From a virus, in the IMG/VR virus record IMGVR_UViG_3300002835_007523, positions 35,094 to 99,093 of that record: a stretch of DNA of 64,000 bases; one strand, given 5' to 3'. The translations under genes and the position numbers were made by a program. The notes beneath the pieces were generated by a model. It saw only the letters and a list, made by a program, of their open reading frames with translations. It had not been told where the DNA came from and ran no database searches. Positions within the stretch are counted from its first letter, which is position 1. The number at the start of each line of letters is the position of its first letter. Shown here one piece after another: positions 8,827 to 18,327 of this stretch.

Positions 8827-11808
8827 ATGGCAACTCAGCAGATCTTTTCAGCTAGTGATGATGAGAATCCCTTTTCATCACAAAGTGTTGATAAGTTCTT
8901 TAAGTCCATGGAAAAAGGACTGCAGCAGGACTTAAAACTTATTAAAGAATTCCGTAAAGTAACGGAAGATATTAAGAAAAACATGCAAGAAGCCCTCAAA
9001 GCTGGGGGCGGATCTAGCGCCGGATCAGGAAAAGTTGGTCTTGGTGCTATGCCAAATAAGGCAGTTGTTGGTGGTTTACTAGCCGCTGGAGCTGCCTATG
9101 GCGGAACAAAAATGTTTATGGGAATGGCGCCCAATACAATGGCCGCTGTTACCCAAAGAATGTCTGCTGACACCGTTGCTGGCATCAGTGGACTAAATGC
9201 ACGTCAAGTAATACTTCGTTCAAATGCTAGAGTAGGTAACGGCGCAACAAGCGCTATGGGCCCAACTATGGCTCAAATGAACATGTTGTACGGTGGTGGA
9301 TACACTGCAACTAGCCTAAGCTCTAGAAACGTAATGTCCCAACTAGGCGGACTAAGCGCAATAACTGGCGGAACAAATGAGCAGATGGCTCAAGGCATGG
9401 CGGGCATTAATGCTATGCGTTTCTTACGTATTGGTGTGCAAGCTCGTGACTCTAAGGGAAATCTACGTCCGCCAAACCAATTAATTAATGAAACTTATCG
9501 TTTCTTGTACGGTGGACGAAAAATAACCCCAGAGCAAGCAGCTATGGTTTTAAACCCAGGATCAAAGGGATATCAGACGATATCAATGATCGCTGGTGGT
9601 GATTCTAATCTTATGTCTATTTTGCAGATGGGTATTATTGCTCGTGCCAAAAAAGACTCACCATTAAGTAAAAAAGATTTAGGAAATGCTCAAAGATCAT
9701 TAGATGTAATGGGTGTAGGAAAAGAAAGTCCAATACGAAAACTCTTTAACTATAACACCAGTGAAGCTAGGAAACTACAGGCAACAGAAAAAGGATTAGT
9801 TGGCGGATATAACACAGCACTTAGCGCAACCACTGCTGTAAACAATGGTTTTAGTAGTTTAGCAGAAGCAACTGATGGGTTGACTCAAGCATTTATGGGA
9901 CTAAAAGGATTTTTACAAACCCTTCCTGGAGCGGGAAATACCGGTGCAACACTAGCGGGTATGGGAAGCTCGATAATGGGTATGGGATCAGCAGCCCTTC
10001 AATTTGGAATGCTTCGTATGATGATGGGTAAAAGCGCAGTGCCCGCTGCACTTACTGCAGGAGCCAGCCGGTTAGCCGCTGGAGCCGGACTTAGTGCTGT
10101 TGGTGCTGGAGCAACTGGCGCAATGTTTAGCAAAGGATCACTGTTAAAAAGAGGTGGTAGAGCTGCATTAGCTGCTGGTGCGTATTATGGGATGGAAAAA
10201 CTTCAAGGATTTTTAAATAAAGCTAATGTACCTAGCTGGCTTCGTAGAGGTGGAAACGTAGCTTTTGATGCTCTACAAGGAGGAGTAACTGGAGGAATTG
10301 CTGCAGGACCTTACGGTGCTTTAGCGGGCTCAGTTGTAGGCACAGGCGCTGGAGTAGTCAATCCTTATGGTCAAGGTGGAGGAGACTGCGCTCACGGAAA
10401 TATAGGCTCCCATAACTGTGGAGGAATGGGTGGTGGACAAGACAACATGGTCTTGCAAATGCCAGTTCCTCCAGGAACACGAGTAACTTCAGGTTTTGGT
10501 CCAAGAGACAATTCAAAAAACCCACAGATATCTAGAAACCACACAGGTATTGACTACGCGGTAAAGGTAGGTACGCCAATTGTTGCCGCCGGAGCTGGCG
10601 TAGTAACTGAAACCGGATTGCACAGACAATACGGAAACTATGTGATTATTAGACACGGATCAAGATCTACTCTTTATGCTCACTTAAGTAAAATCTTAGT
10701 TAATAAGGGCGAAAAAGTTGTTGCTGGACAGCAGATTGCACTATCTGGAGGTAAGAAGGGTGCTCAAGGAGCAGGAACCTCTACAGGTCCACACCTTCAC
10801 TTTGAGGTAAGAGCAAATGGTGGAGTTGGAGCTCAAGGAAGAAAAGATCCTCAAGGACTATTTGGAAAAGCATTTAGCTTTATAAAGGGCAAAGTAACCT
10901 CAGGACTTAACTTCTTAAAAAGAACTTCTAACAGGCTTTTTGGAACAAATTTTGCGTACTCTGATGCTGGAGATGACAAGTTTAACTTTAATGCAAGAAA
11001 GCACGATATAACAAAGAAAACGCTAGGTCAATATAACAGTGCTAGCGTCTCAGATATTATTGCTGGATTAAACTTTAGTCCTACGAGCTATTCAGAGCTA
11101 TCTAAGCATATAAATCCAAACGACCCCAAATTTGGAAAGATATTAAACCAAAACTATGACGAGGGTCATGGAAACGAAAAAGGCATTTATGGAGGAAGCC
11201 GACAGGCTCTCATGCAGGCCCTACATGCACAGGGGTTTAGAGGTAAATCCCTAAGAACCGCTTTTGCAGTTGCTCTTGCTGAATCCGGAGGAAGGCCATC
11301 AGCTATAGGAGACGTAGATCTACAAGATAAGAAGTGGGGCCCAAGCTACGGAATCTTCCAGATTAGATCTTTAAAGAATTGGCAAAATCATGATGGAAAA
11401 GGCTCATCTGATCCATGGAGAAATGCTAAAAAGCTTAGAGACCCTAAATTTAACATAGAAGCTGCCTGGGTAAAAAGCAGCAAGGGTAAAAAGTGGGAGG
11501 CTTGGTCTGCTTACAATAATGGGGCGTTTACTAAATTCTTAGATGATGCCGATAGAGTTGCCACTAAAGCAGGAATTGGTGGCGGTCCAGAAACAGCTGG
11601 CGGATTTAACATGGCTCATGTGGCACCAACAGAGACTAGTCACAGCCCTGGAGCTAGAAGCGTATCTTCAAACTCAAATGTAAACATAAAGGTAAATATG
11701 CAGGTAACTCTTGCCAATTCTGGGCCAGGTGAAGCTCAGAGGCTTTTGCGTACCTTTAAAGAGGGTATTGAAAAGGAACTAGAGATTAAAGGAATTGGTG
11801 GATACTAA
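8827..11808 (+). CDS. tape measure protein with M23 peptidase and lysozyme/SLT-like domains
   Basis: Ala/Gly-rich N-terminus; HTGID, YAHL, TGPHLHFEVR (M23); ALAESGG..YGIFQI..WSAY (lysozyme-like). Confidence 0.88.
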   Translation: MATQQIFSASDDENPFSSQSVDKFFKSMEKGLQQDLKLIKEFRKVTEDIKKNMQEALKAGGGSSAGSGKVGLGAMPNKAVVGGLLAAGAAYGGTKMFMGMAPNTMAAVTQRMSADTVAGISGLNARQVILRSNARVGNGATSAMGPTMAQMNMLYGGGYTATSLSSRNVMSQLGGLSAITGGTNEQMAQGMAGINAMRFLRIGVQARDSKGNLRPPNQLINETYRFLYGGRKITPEQAAMVLNPGSKGYQTISMIAGGDSNLMSILQMGIIARAKKDSPLSKKDLGNAQRSLDVMGVGKESPIRKLFNYNTSEARKLQATEKGLVGGYNTALSATTAVNNGFSSLAEATDGLTQAFMGLKGFLQTLPGAGNTGATLAGMGSSIMGMGSAALQFGMLRMMMGKSAVPAALTAGASRLAAGAGLSAVGAGATGAMFSKGSLLKRGGRAALAAGAYYGMEKLQGFLNKANVPSWLRRGGNVAFDALQGGVTGGIAAGPYGALAGSVVGTGAGVVNPYGQGGGDCAHGNIGSHNCGGMGGGQDNMVLQMPVPPGTRVTSGFGPRDNSKNPQISRNHTGIDYAVKVGTPIVAAGAGVVTETGLHRQYGNYVIIRHGSRSTLYAHLSKILVNKGEKVVAGQQIALSGGKKGAQGAGTSTGPHLHFEVRANGGVGAQGRKDPQGLFGKAFSFIKGKVTSGLNFLKRTSNRLFGTNFAYSDAGDDKFNFNARKHDITKKTLGQYNSASVSDIIAGLNFSPTSYSELSKHINPNDPKFGKILNQNYDEGHGNEKGIYGGSRQALMQALHAQGFRGKSLRTAFAVALAESGGRPSAIGDVDLQDKKWGPSYGIFQIRSLKNWQNHDGKGSSDPWRNAKKLRDPKFNIEAAWVKSSKGKKWEAWSAYNNGAFTKFLDDADRVATKAGIGGGPETAGGFNMAHVAPTETSHSPGARSVSSNSNVNIKVNMQVTLANSGPGEAQRLLRTFKEGIEKELEIKGIGGY

Positions 11809-13511
11809 TGGCTGCTCCGCTACCCGTATATTACACAATTAAAGCTTACGAAAAGATTGTAGAAAACTTAAACCCAACCGCAGAAGACCAGCAAGGATCT
11901 CAAGGTGGTTGGATTGAGATTACTACAGATAGCAAGCTAGTTAACTATAAGCATCCAGTCAAGTATGTTTTGCAGTTCTTTTTGCAGAGCGATATACTCG
12001 GCCTTAATCCACTAGAGGATAGCCAAGGCGTTAATATTGCTGGTGGTGATGGAACAGTTTTTAAGCAATGGGTAGACGATAATGCTGACAAACTAAAAGT
12101 TAAGGGTTGGAACACATATCAAGACAATAGGTTTGAGCTTATTGTTACAGCTAAAGTAAAAAGTGCTTCAGGTACCCCTAAGTTTAAAGCACAGACTGTT
12201 CCAAACTCAAACGTAAACTCTAGCCCTAATTATTATACCGTAAATATAAAAGCAGGAAAAAAGATTCCTTCAGTTAAGTTTACCGAGGCACAATCAGAGC
12301 CAAATAAACCAAATGAAGTAAAAAATGACGTGACTGAACAAGGTCAGGGATACACCCAGTGGAATGAGTGTAAAAAAGAATGGGTAGTAGTTACCTATGC
12401 TCAGACCACTAAAAATAACGTATTTGGATATGACGTATATTTAATAAAAAGAGACGTAAATGGCACACAGCTAAGTAGACAGCTATTAGGATTTGAGCCA
12501 TCTACTGCTACTAAACGACCTTATTCTGATATTGGAAGAAAAGCTCTTCAAGAAGCATATCAGTGCGTAAAGGCTTCAGAAGACGCCCCAAATGTTCCGA
12601 CACCCTCTGTTACGGTGCAGGAGTACCCACAAGACGAAAGAATAAACCCACCTAACCATAGAATTACTCGAGATGTCTCTTTATCTCAAAAACTTTATTA
12701 TTCTTTGTCTGAGGCTAAGCGACGAGGATCTAAGACAAATCCTGGACTTTATTTTGCTAACTCTACGGAAGAGGCTAGACAACGAGCTGAACAGCGTTAC
12801 TTAGACTCAACAGCTAGAGGACGTCTTGGAACTATATTTCAGGATAAAGATAGTGCTATAGCCCTAAACACCAACAATGACGATAAAAAGCCTTGGGGTT
12901 TTAGATTTATATATAACCCCCAAACTATTGAGTATTCTACCGGTGCAGATATGTCTGTAGACTGGATGCTAAGCTCTAAAGATCCTGCAAACTATATTGG
13001 TGGAAATACCGTTGTTAACTTTATGCTGTATTTAAACAGAATTGCAGACATGACTGAACTACGTCATTTAAAGTCTAATCCAACCGATTACATTAATGGA
13101 TACCCCAGAAAACTTACCGCAGAATCAGTTGCCGGACTACTAAACAGAGGCACGGAGTACGACATAGAGTTCTTATACCGGGTATTGAATGGAAGCCCAA
13201 GACCAAGCATAAATGGTCTTCTTACCTATACAGTAAACGGCAAACCAGCTGTAACTTCAGATTTTGGATATATAACTGGAACCCCTGTGTGGATAAGATT
13301 TCACGAAAACCTTAGGTATAAAGGCTCTATAAACAGTATTTCTGTAAATCACCTAATTTTTAATGAAGAAATGGTGCCTATGTTTTCAACAATGTCTGTA
13401 TCGTTTACTCGTTACCCAATTACCGGAGAAACAGACCCTGCAGTCATTGCAGCCTACTCAGAAAAGATTGCTAAAGACCTTAAAGCTGGAGAGGAGCCAC
13501 CTAGAACATAA
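11808..13511 (+). CDS. baseplate/tube-initiator protein
   Basis: C-terminal FRFIYNPQTI..GSINSISVNH..F..EMVP tube-initiator-like motif; position. Confidence 0.6.
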   Translation: MAAPLPVYYTIKAYEKIVENLNPTAEDQQGSQGGWIEITTDSKLVNYKHPVKYVLQFFLQSDILGLNPLEDSQGVNIAGGDGTVFKQWVDDNADKLKVKGWNTYQDNRFELIVTAKVKSASGTPKFKAQTVPNSNVNSSPNYYTVNIKAGKKIPSVKFTEAQSEPNKPNEVKNDVTEQGQGYTQWNECKKEWVVVTYAQTTKNNVFGYDVYLIKRDVNGTQLSRQLLGFEPSTATKRPYSDIGRKALQEAYQCVKASEDAPNVPTPSVTVQEYPQDERINPPNHRITRDVSLSQKLYYSLSEAKRRGSKTNPGLYFANSTEEARQRAEQRYLDSTARGRLGTIFQDKDSAIALNTNNDDKKPWGFRFIYNPQTIEYSTGADMSVDWMLSSKDPANYIGGNTVVNFMLYLNRIADMTELRHLKSNPTDYINGYPRKLTAESVAGLLNRGTEYDIEFLYRVLNGSPRPSINGLLTYTVNGKPAVTSDFGYITGTPVWIRFHENLRYKGSINSISVNHLIFNEEMVPMFSTMSVSFTRYPITGETDPAVIAAYSEKIAKDLKAGEEPPRT

Positions 13512-13801
13512 TGCCTAACATAAATAGACTATCTAGATATTATGATGGAAAACTTGCCCAGATCTATAACTCAAAAACCAAGCAATATGACATTGCTGTT
13601 TTTAAAGCAGAATCTGATGAAGTTACCTCTTCTTACATAAACTATACCTGGAAGTATGGAGATTCTCTTGCTGCCTTGTCCGATAAATATTTAGGTATTC
13701 CGGGATACTGGTGGAAGATTATGGAAATAAATCCAGAAATAACAGACCCCTTCTCAATAGAGCCAGGAACAGTTATAAGGGTGCCGTATGTCACAAGATG
13801 A
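13511..13801 (+). CDS. LysM-like baseplate wedge protein (P2 gpX/T4 gp53-like)
   Basis: GDSLAALSDKYLG..WWKIMEINP..PGTVIRVP. Confidence 0.85.
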   Translation: MPNINRLSRYYDGKLAQIYNSKTKQYDIAVFKAESDEVTSSYINYTWKYGDSLAALSDKYLGIPGYWWKIMEINPEITDPFSIEPGTVIRVPYVTR

Positions 13802-14639
13802 TCGTAATAACTTTACCTTTACTCAAAACTATACCTGGGAGTCAACTGCTCGTTGGTCTGATTATAAGGCGTACTTTCCATCTACACCAAAGCACGAAAT
13901 GATATTAATGGGTGCTGAGCTTTATCAAGTTGTTGAGGCCCACGATGTGCTTGTCCTAACCTTTAAAGGTAAGCCAGAGAGTGATTTGACTAACTTTGTT
14001 TCTGGAGATCCCGTGGTATTTAGCTATTCTAGTGGAGCTAATAAAAGCAAGTTTAATGGGTACATTTATAAAATACGTCCGGTAACTGATATGAAAACCC
14101 ACATGGTACGTATCATATGTGTGTCTGCATCCTACGTGCTAAAGAATGGTGCTCAAAAGATTTTTAAGAATGTTACAGCAGATCAGGTCGTTTCTAAGGT
14201 GTGCGCTCGCCACGGCTTAGCTACGGTCACTCAAAGACACCCTAGATTAAGAGATAACGTCTCACAATCTGGAGAAACAGACTGGCAGCTGCTACAAAGA
14301 CTAGCTAGACAAACAGGGTTTGCATTAAAGTGTGAAAATACTACTGTATTTTTTGTAAGCAAGTCTAAGATATATAATGCCAAGAAAAAGGGTGCTCCCT
14401 ACTTTAAGTATGTAGACGGTAAAAACCAAAAACAAAGAACTACTGGAACTTGTCTATATTTTGAGCCAGTTGTTTCAGATGAGGTTTTAGAGCTCGGCAC
14501 AAGAGTTGATAGAATTATTACAGGCATAAGCAGCACTACTGGTGAAGTAATATCTGCTACTCACTCACTAAAGGACTTTACTAAACCTGAACTTGGTGTA
14601 GTAACTGTGCCGGATGAGGATTACCTAAATGACATCTAA
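13788..14639 (+). CDS. baseplate hub protein, N-terminal part (P2 gpD-like)
   Basis: FKNVTADQVV, QSGETDWQLLQRLARQTGF. Confidence 0.8.
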   Translation: MSQDDRNNFTFTQNYTWESTARWSDYKAYFPSTPKHEMILMGAELYQVVEAHDVLVLTFKGKPESDLTNFVSGDPVVFSYSSGANKSKFNGYIYKIRPVTDMKTHMVRIICVSASYVLKNGAQKIFKNVTADQVVSKVCARHGLATVTQRHPRLRDNVSQSGETDWQLLQRLARQTGFALKCENTTVFFVSKSKIYNAKKKGAPYFKYVDGKNQKQRTTGTCLYFEPVVSDEVLELGTRVDRIITGISSTTGEVISATHSLKDFTKPELGVVTVPDEDYLNDI

Positions 14640-15225
14640 GTTTTCTAAACAAAAAGCAAAAGCTAAGTGGAAGTCCTATAACCCTTATGAGGTAGCCGAT
14701 AGCCTTACCGACTCTAAGCTCATTGCTTCAGACATTTCGGATGCTCGTAGATATGCACACCGTGCAAAGGCTACAATAGTTGGAGACTCTAGAGTTAAAC
14801 CATATGAACCCATTTATTTAGATGGGCTACCTAACGGCATGTCTGGATACTGGACAGTCCTATCTGTAAAGCATATCTTTGGATCAGAGCTTGCTAGATA
14901 CATGATTGAGGTGGAACTGGGGACCGATGTTTTAGGTGAAACGGACCCTAACGCATATAAACAGCAGCAATATCGAGACGTAAACAGTGAGATATCAAAG
15001 CAGGCGATACGTACATCTGACTCTAGATTAGTTGATTATTCTTTGTCCGTAAACTCTTCAGCTTTAACAACCCCCAAGGTTTCTTCTCCCGCTATTTCAA
15101 CCCCGGCAAGAGCCTTATCTCCTGACCCAACATCTCCAGATCTGTATCAAACAGCTGTGCCAGATTTTTCATCTATATCTCGTACAACTACTTGGGTTGC
15201 AAATAGCTCTAGGACAGTACTATGA
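14629..15225 (+). CDS. baseplate hub protein, C-terminal part
   Basis: AKATIVGDSRVKP..IYLDGL..SGYWTVLSVKH gpD C-terminal signature; own GAGGA RBS. Confidence 0.7.
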   Translation: MTSKFSKQKAKAKWKSYNPYEVADSLTDSKLIASDISDARRYAHRAKATIVGDSRVKPYEPIYLDGLPNGMSGYWTVLSVKHIFGSELARYMIEVELGTDVLGETDPNAYKQQQYRDVNSEISKQAIRTSDSRLVDYSLSVNSSALTTPKVSSPAISTPARALSPDPTSPDLYQTAVPDFSSISRTTTWVANSSRTVL

Positions 15226-15839
15226 GCACAAGTTCATTTTTAGACTATGGGATGGACCCTCAAGGTCGTCACAGGTTTTATGGCATATACGAGGGCAAAG
15301 TGGTATCTGTTAATGATCCCCTAAAAAGAAACAGAATACAGGTAAAGGTGTTTCAAACTACGGGGCAGGAGACTACCGCTTGGGCAAGAGCTTGCCTTCC
15401 AATAACTGATTCATCATACCATCCAGATCATGCTCCCCACACTGCAGCTCAAATAGCCGCTATGCTGACAACTACCCCCGTATCGGTTACCGACTCCAGA
15501 GGGGATACGGAGACTGTACCGGCCCTAACTATTGTTCCAAAATCTCCAGGAAATCAACAGCTTAATCATCAACACGTGGTTACTAAGAAAAAGACAAAGA
15601 TTAAAGGCAAAAGCATATTTGTAGATAATGCGCCCACATCTACGACAGACTCAAAAGAAAATAGTCTTTATACTACAGCTAGTGGATTAAGTGCCCCAGG
15701 AACAACCACTACAGACACCTCTATAAAGGCTCCAGAGCATACCTTTCATAGAAGCGTCCCTGTAGTAGGCCAAATGGTTTGGGTTATGTTTGTTGCGGGA
15801 GATCCAGAATATCCGGTATGGGTTGGAGTACAGCAATGA
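15222..15839 (+). CDS. baseplate spike OB-fold protein (gpV/gp5-like)
   Basis: YGIYEGKVVSVNDPLKRNRIQV..WAR..P and PVVGQMVWVMFVAGDPEYPVW. Confidence 0.85.
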   Translation: MSTSSFLDYGMDPQGRHRFYGIYEGKVVSVNDPLKRNRIQVKVFQTTGQETTAWARACLPITDSSYHPDHAPHTAAQIAAMLTTTPVSVTDSRGDTETVPALTIVPKSPGNQQLNHQHVVTKKKTKIKGKSIFVDNAPTSTTDSKENSLYTTASGLSAPGTTTTDTSIKAPEHTFHRSVPVVGQMVWVMFVAGDPEYPVWVGVQQ

Positions 15840-16228
15840 TATCTATAAGCTATCCCTTTACACTAGACGCCTTTGGTAAAACAGACTCTACATATAGAGA
15901 GTCAAAAATTTACTTAGATAAATTAGTTACCCTGTTGTCTACCCATATTGGGCAAAGACCTATGCTTCCAGAATATGGAACAGATATAGCAACCGCCTTA
16001 TTTGAGAACGATAATGATTTTGTTGCGGCAGTCCGTGCTGCAATAACTACTGCAGTAGCTAGGTGGATACCGGCTATTACAATTAGCAGTGTTGATATCT
16101 CCACCCCTGATTTTGATGGTTATTCAAGTATTATTTTAGGAATAGAGCTTCCAAACGATACTACAACATCAATCACTGTAAATTCAGCTATTTTTGGAGC
16201 TGACGGATCCGTTAGCAGATTAGGATAA
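15836..16228 (+). CDS. gp25-like baseplate wedge/sheath initiator
   Basis: LLSTHIGQRPMLPEYGT..LFE..RWIP; ATGA overlap. Confidence 0.88.
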   Translation: MISISYPFTLDAFGKTDSTYRESKIYLDKLVTLLSTHIGQRPMLPEYGTDIATALFENDNDFVAAVRAAITTAVARWIPAITISSVDISTPDFDGYSSIILGIELPNDTTTSITVNSAIFGADGSVSRLG

Positions 16229-16230
16229 AA

Positions 16231-17769
16231 ATGAGCCAAATAGACTATACCTCAAGAGACTTTGAATCTCTAAAACTGGATCTTATAAATCTTGTAAATG
16301 TTAGGACTGGATATGACTGGGTTGTTGATGACCCGTCTGATTTAGGCTCAGTTCTTCTAGAAGCTGTTGCATATATGGGAGACGTCATGTCTTACTATAT
16401 AGACCGAGTCGCAAATGAAACCTCTGTAGAAACAGCAGTAAAACGAGAGACCTTACTTAAATTTGCAGAGCTGTACGGCTATAGGCCTTCTGGTCCTATT
16501 CCGGCACAGGTAAGCGTTGCTTTTACAAATATAAGCACCGAAACTCTAGACCTACCTATTGGTACGCAGGTTATGGCCCCATTAACCTATGGTCCATTTA
16601 CCGAAGTATTCTTTGAAACAACTCAGGCTGTAGTTCAATTACAGCCCGATCAAACAATCACAGTTACAGCTAGAGAAGGAAAGACGGTAAATACAGATCG
16701 TCCAGACCTTATTAATCCAGCTACTAATAAACCCCTACCTGTTAACTTGGGAACATCGTCAGGACTAGCCAACCAAGAATTTTACATTTATGAGCCTGGA
16801 GTTGTAGATAACTCTCTTGTAGTATACGTTGGTCAGGGAGTAGCTTTTGGTTCTTGGAGGTATGTAGATAGCTTAGCTGATTATGGTCCAAACTCACTAA
16901 TTTTTACGACAAGAATTGACGAAGATGGGTCTACTACCGTTGTATTTGGAGATGGAGTTAATGGAGCAATACCTCCAGTCAATCAGTTGATTTCTGCACT
17001 GTATAAAAACAGTTTGGGCATAGCTGGAAACGTAATTGCTAACGCTATAAAAGAAGTGACATTTATTCCTGGAAACGGAAATCCGGAAGCACTCTCATAC
17101 CTTTCAGTGTCTAATGCTTCAGCCGCAATTGGAGGGGCAGACGCAGACTCCTTAGAGCAGCTTCGTAAAGGAATTAAGTCAGCAATCATATCAAGAAAAA
17201 GAGCAGTTACTTTAGAAGATTATGAAAAGCTTGCTATGCAGGTCTCTGGAGTAGCTAAGGTAAAAGCAGTTGCTGGAGTCTATAGCTCAGTAACCCTATA
17301 TGTACAGTCACCAGATGACGGAAGCACGACTCCTGGAATATATAATGGAAGCACCACTACTGCTTGGAATACGTCAGCTGCAGCAATTTCTGCGTATCTT
17401 GAAGATAAAATTCCAGTTGGAACAACAGTTACAGTTCAAAACCCAACATATGTACCTATCTATCTAACTGTAGCTTTAACCTTGGCAGACCAATATAAGC
17501 ACTCTGCTGTAAAACTTGCAGTATCTAAAGCCCTTTTAAATCCAGGTGGCCTATTCCACTACGACAAAAATGAGTTTGGAAGATCCATTCCTAAGTCCTC
17601 AGTTATTGCTACAATTGCGGGTATAGAGGGCGTAGTGTCCGTAGACATAACCAAAATGAATACGGATAATGGGGCTAGCTCAGCATCTATAACTTTAGCT
17701 GCTGGTCAAATACCATACCTGCTTCCAGCCAATCTAGTGTTCCCCACCCCAATCGGTGGAATAGCGTAA
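16231..17769 (+). CDS. baseplate J-like wedge protein (T4 gp6-like)
   Basis: IDYTSRDFES, YYIDRVANE, FGDGVNGAIP, RAVTLEDY. Confidence 0.92.
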   Translation: MSQIDYTSRDFESLKLDLINLVNVRTGYDWVVDDPSDLGSVLLEAVAYMGDVMSYYIDRVANETSVETAVKRETLLKFAELYGYRPSGPIPAQVSVAFTNISTETLDLPIGTQVMAPLTYGPFTEVFFETTQAVVQLQPDQTITVTAREGKTVNTDRPDLINPATNKPLPVNLGTSSGLANQEFYIYEPGVVDNSLVVYVGQGVAFGSWRYVDSLADYGPNSLIFTTRIDEDGSTTVVFGDGVNGAIPPVNQLISALYKNSLGIAGNVIANAIKEVTFIPGNGNPEALSYLSVSNASAAIGGADADSLEQLRKGIKSAIISRKRAVTLEDYEKLAMQVSGVAKVKAVAGVYSSVTLYVQSPDDGSTTPGIYNGSTTTAWNTSAAAISAYLEDKIPVGTTVTVQNPTYVPIYLTVALTLADQYKHSAVKLAVSKALLNPGGLFHYDKNEFGRSIPKSSVIATIAGIEGVVSVDITKMNTDNGASSASITLAAGQIPYLLPANLVFPTPIGGIA

Positions 17770-17778
17770 GGATAAAAA

Positions 17779-18321
17779 ATGCCAGCATCATTTCCCACTA
17801 CCGTAAGACAGTTTACGGCAAAAGTAGATCTACAAGATACGATTCTTGCAGATCACATTAACGCTCTACAAGATGAAGTTAGAGCTATAGAAATAACCCT
17901 AAATGGAACTACGGATGCAACAAACGGCCTACTTACGTCAAATTATTCGGGAACATTTTCATCTACAAGCACTTGGAACTCTTTAGACGATAGAATCTCT
18001 AATATTGAGGCTGGACTTGTAAATGGCTTAGCTATAAGCCCATACGTAAAAAAAGCTGGGGACAACATGTCTGTCTCCAATGCAGTTGCTTTAACATTAA
18101 AGAATACCAGTGCAACAACCACCTCTAACCTATTTGAGGCATATAACTCTGCAAATATTCTAGGGTTTGCTTTAAATGGTTCAGGTTTACCAAAAGTGGG
18201 AACTGCTAACGTACTATACGTTGGAAGCTCTGAGTACACAACTCTAGACAACAAAGCTCAAACAGCACTAGAAACAGCAGAGTCTGCTCCGTTTAATTCA
18301 TTTTTGTTAGCGGGTATGTAA
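17779..18321 (+). CDS. minor tail/structural protein
   Basis: ADHINALQDEVRAIE motif; in baseplate operon. Confidence 0.55.
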   Translation: MPASFPTTVRQFTAKVDLQDTILADHINALQDEVRAIEITLNGTTDATNGLLTSNYSGTFSSTSTWNSLDDRISNIEAGLVNGLAISPYVKKAGDNMSVSNAVALTLKNTSATTTSNLFEAYNSANILGFALNGSGLPKVGTANVLYVGSSEYTTLDNKAQTALETAESAPFNSFLLAGM

Positions 18322-18327
18322 CCTTAA

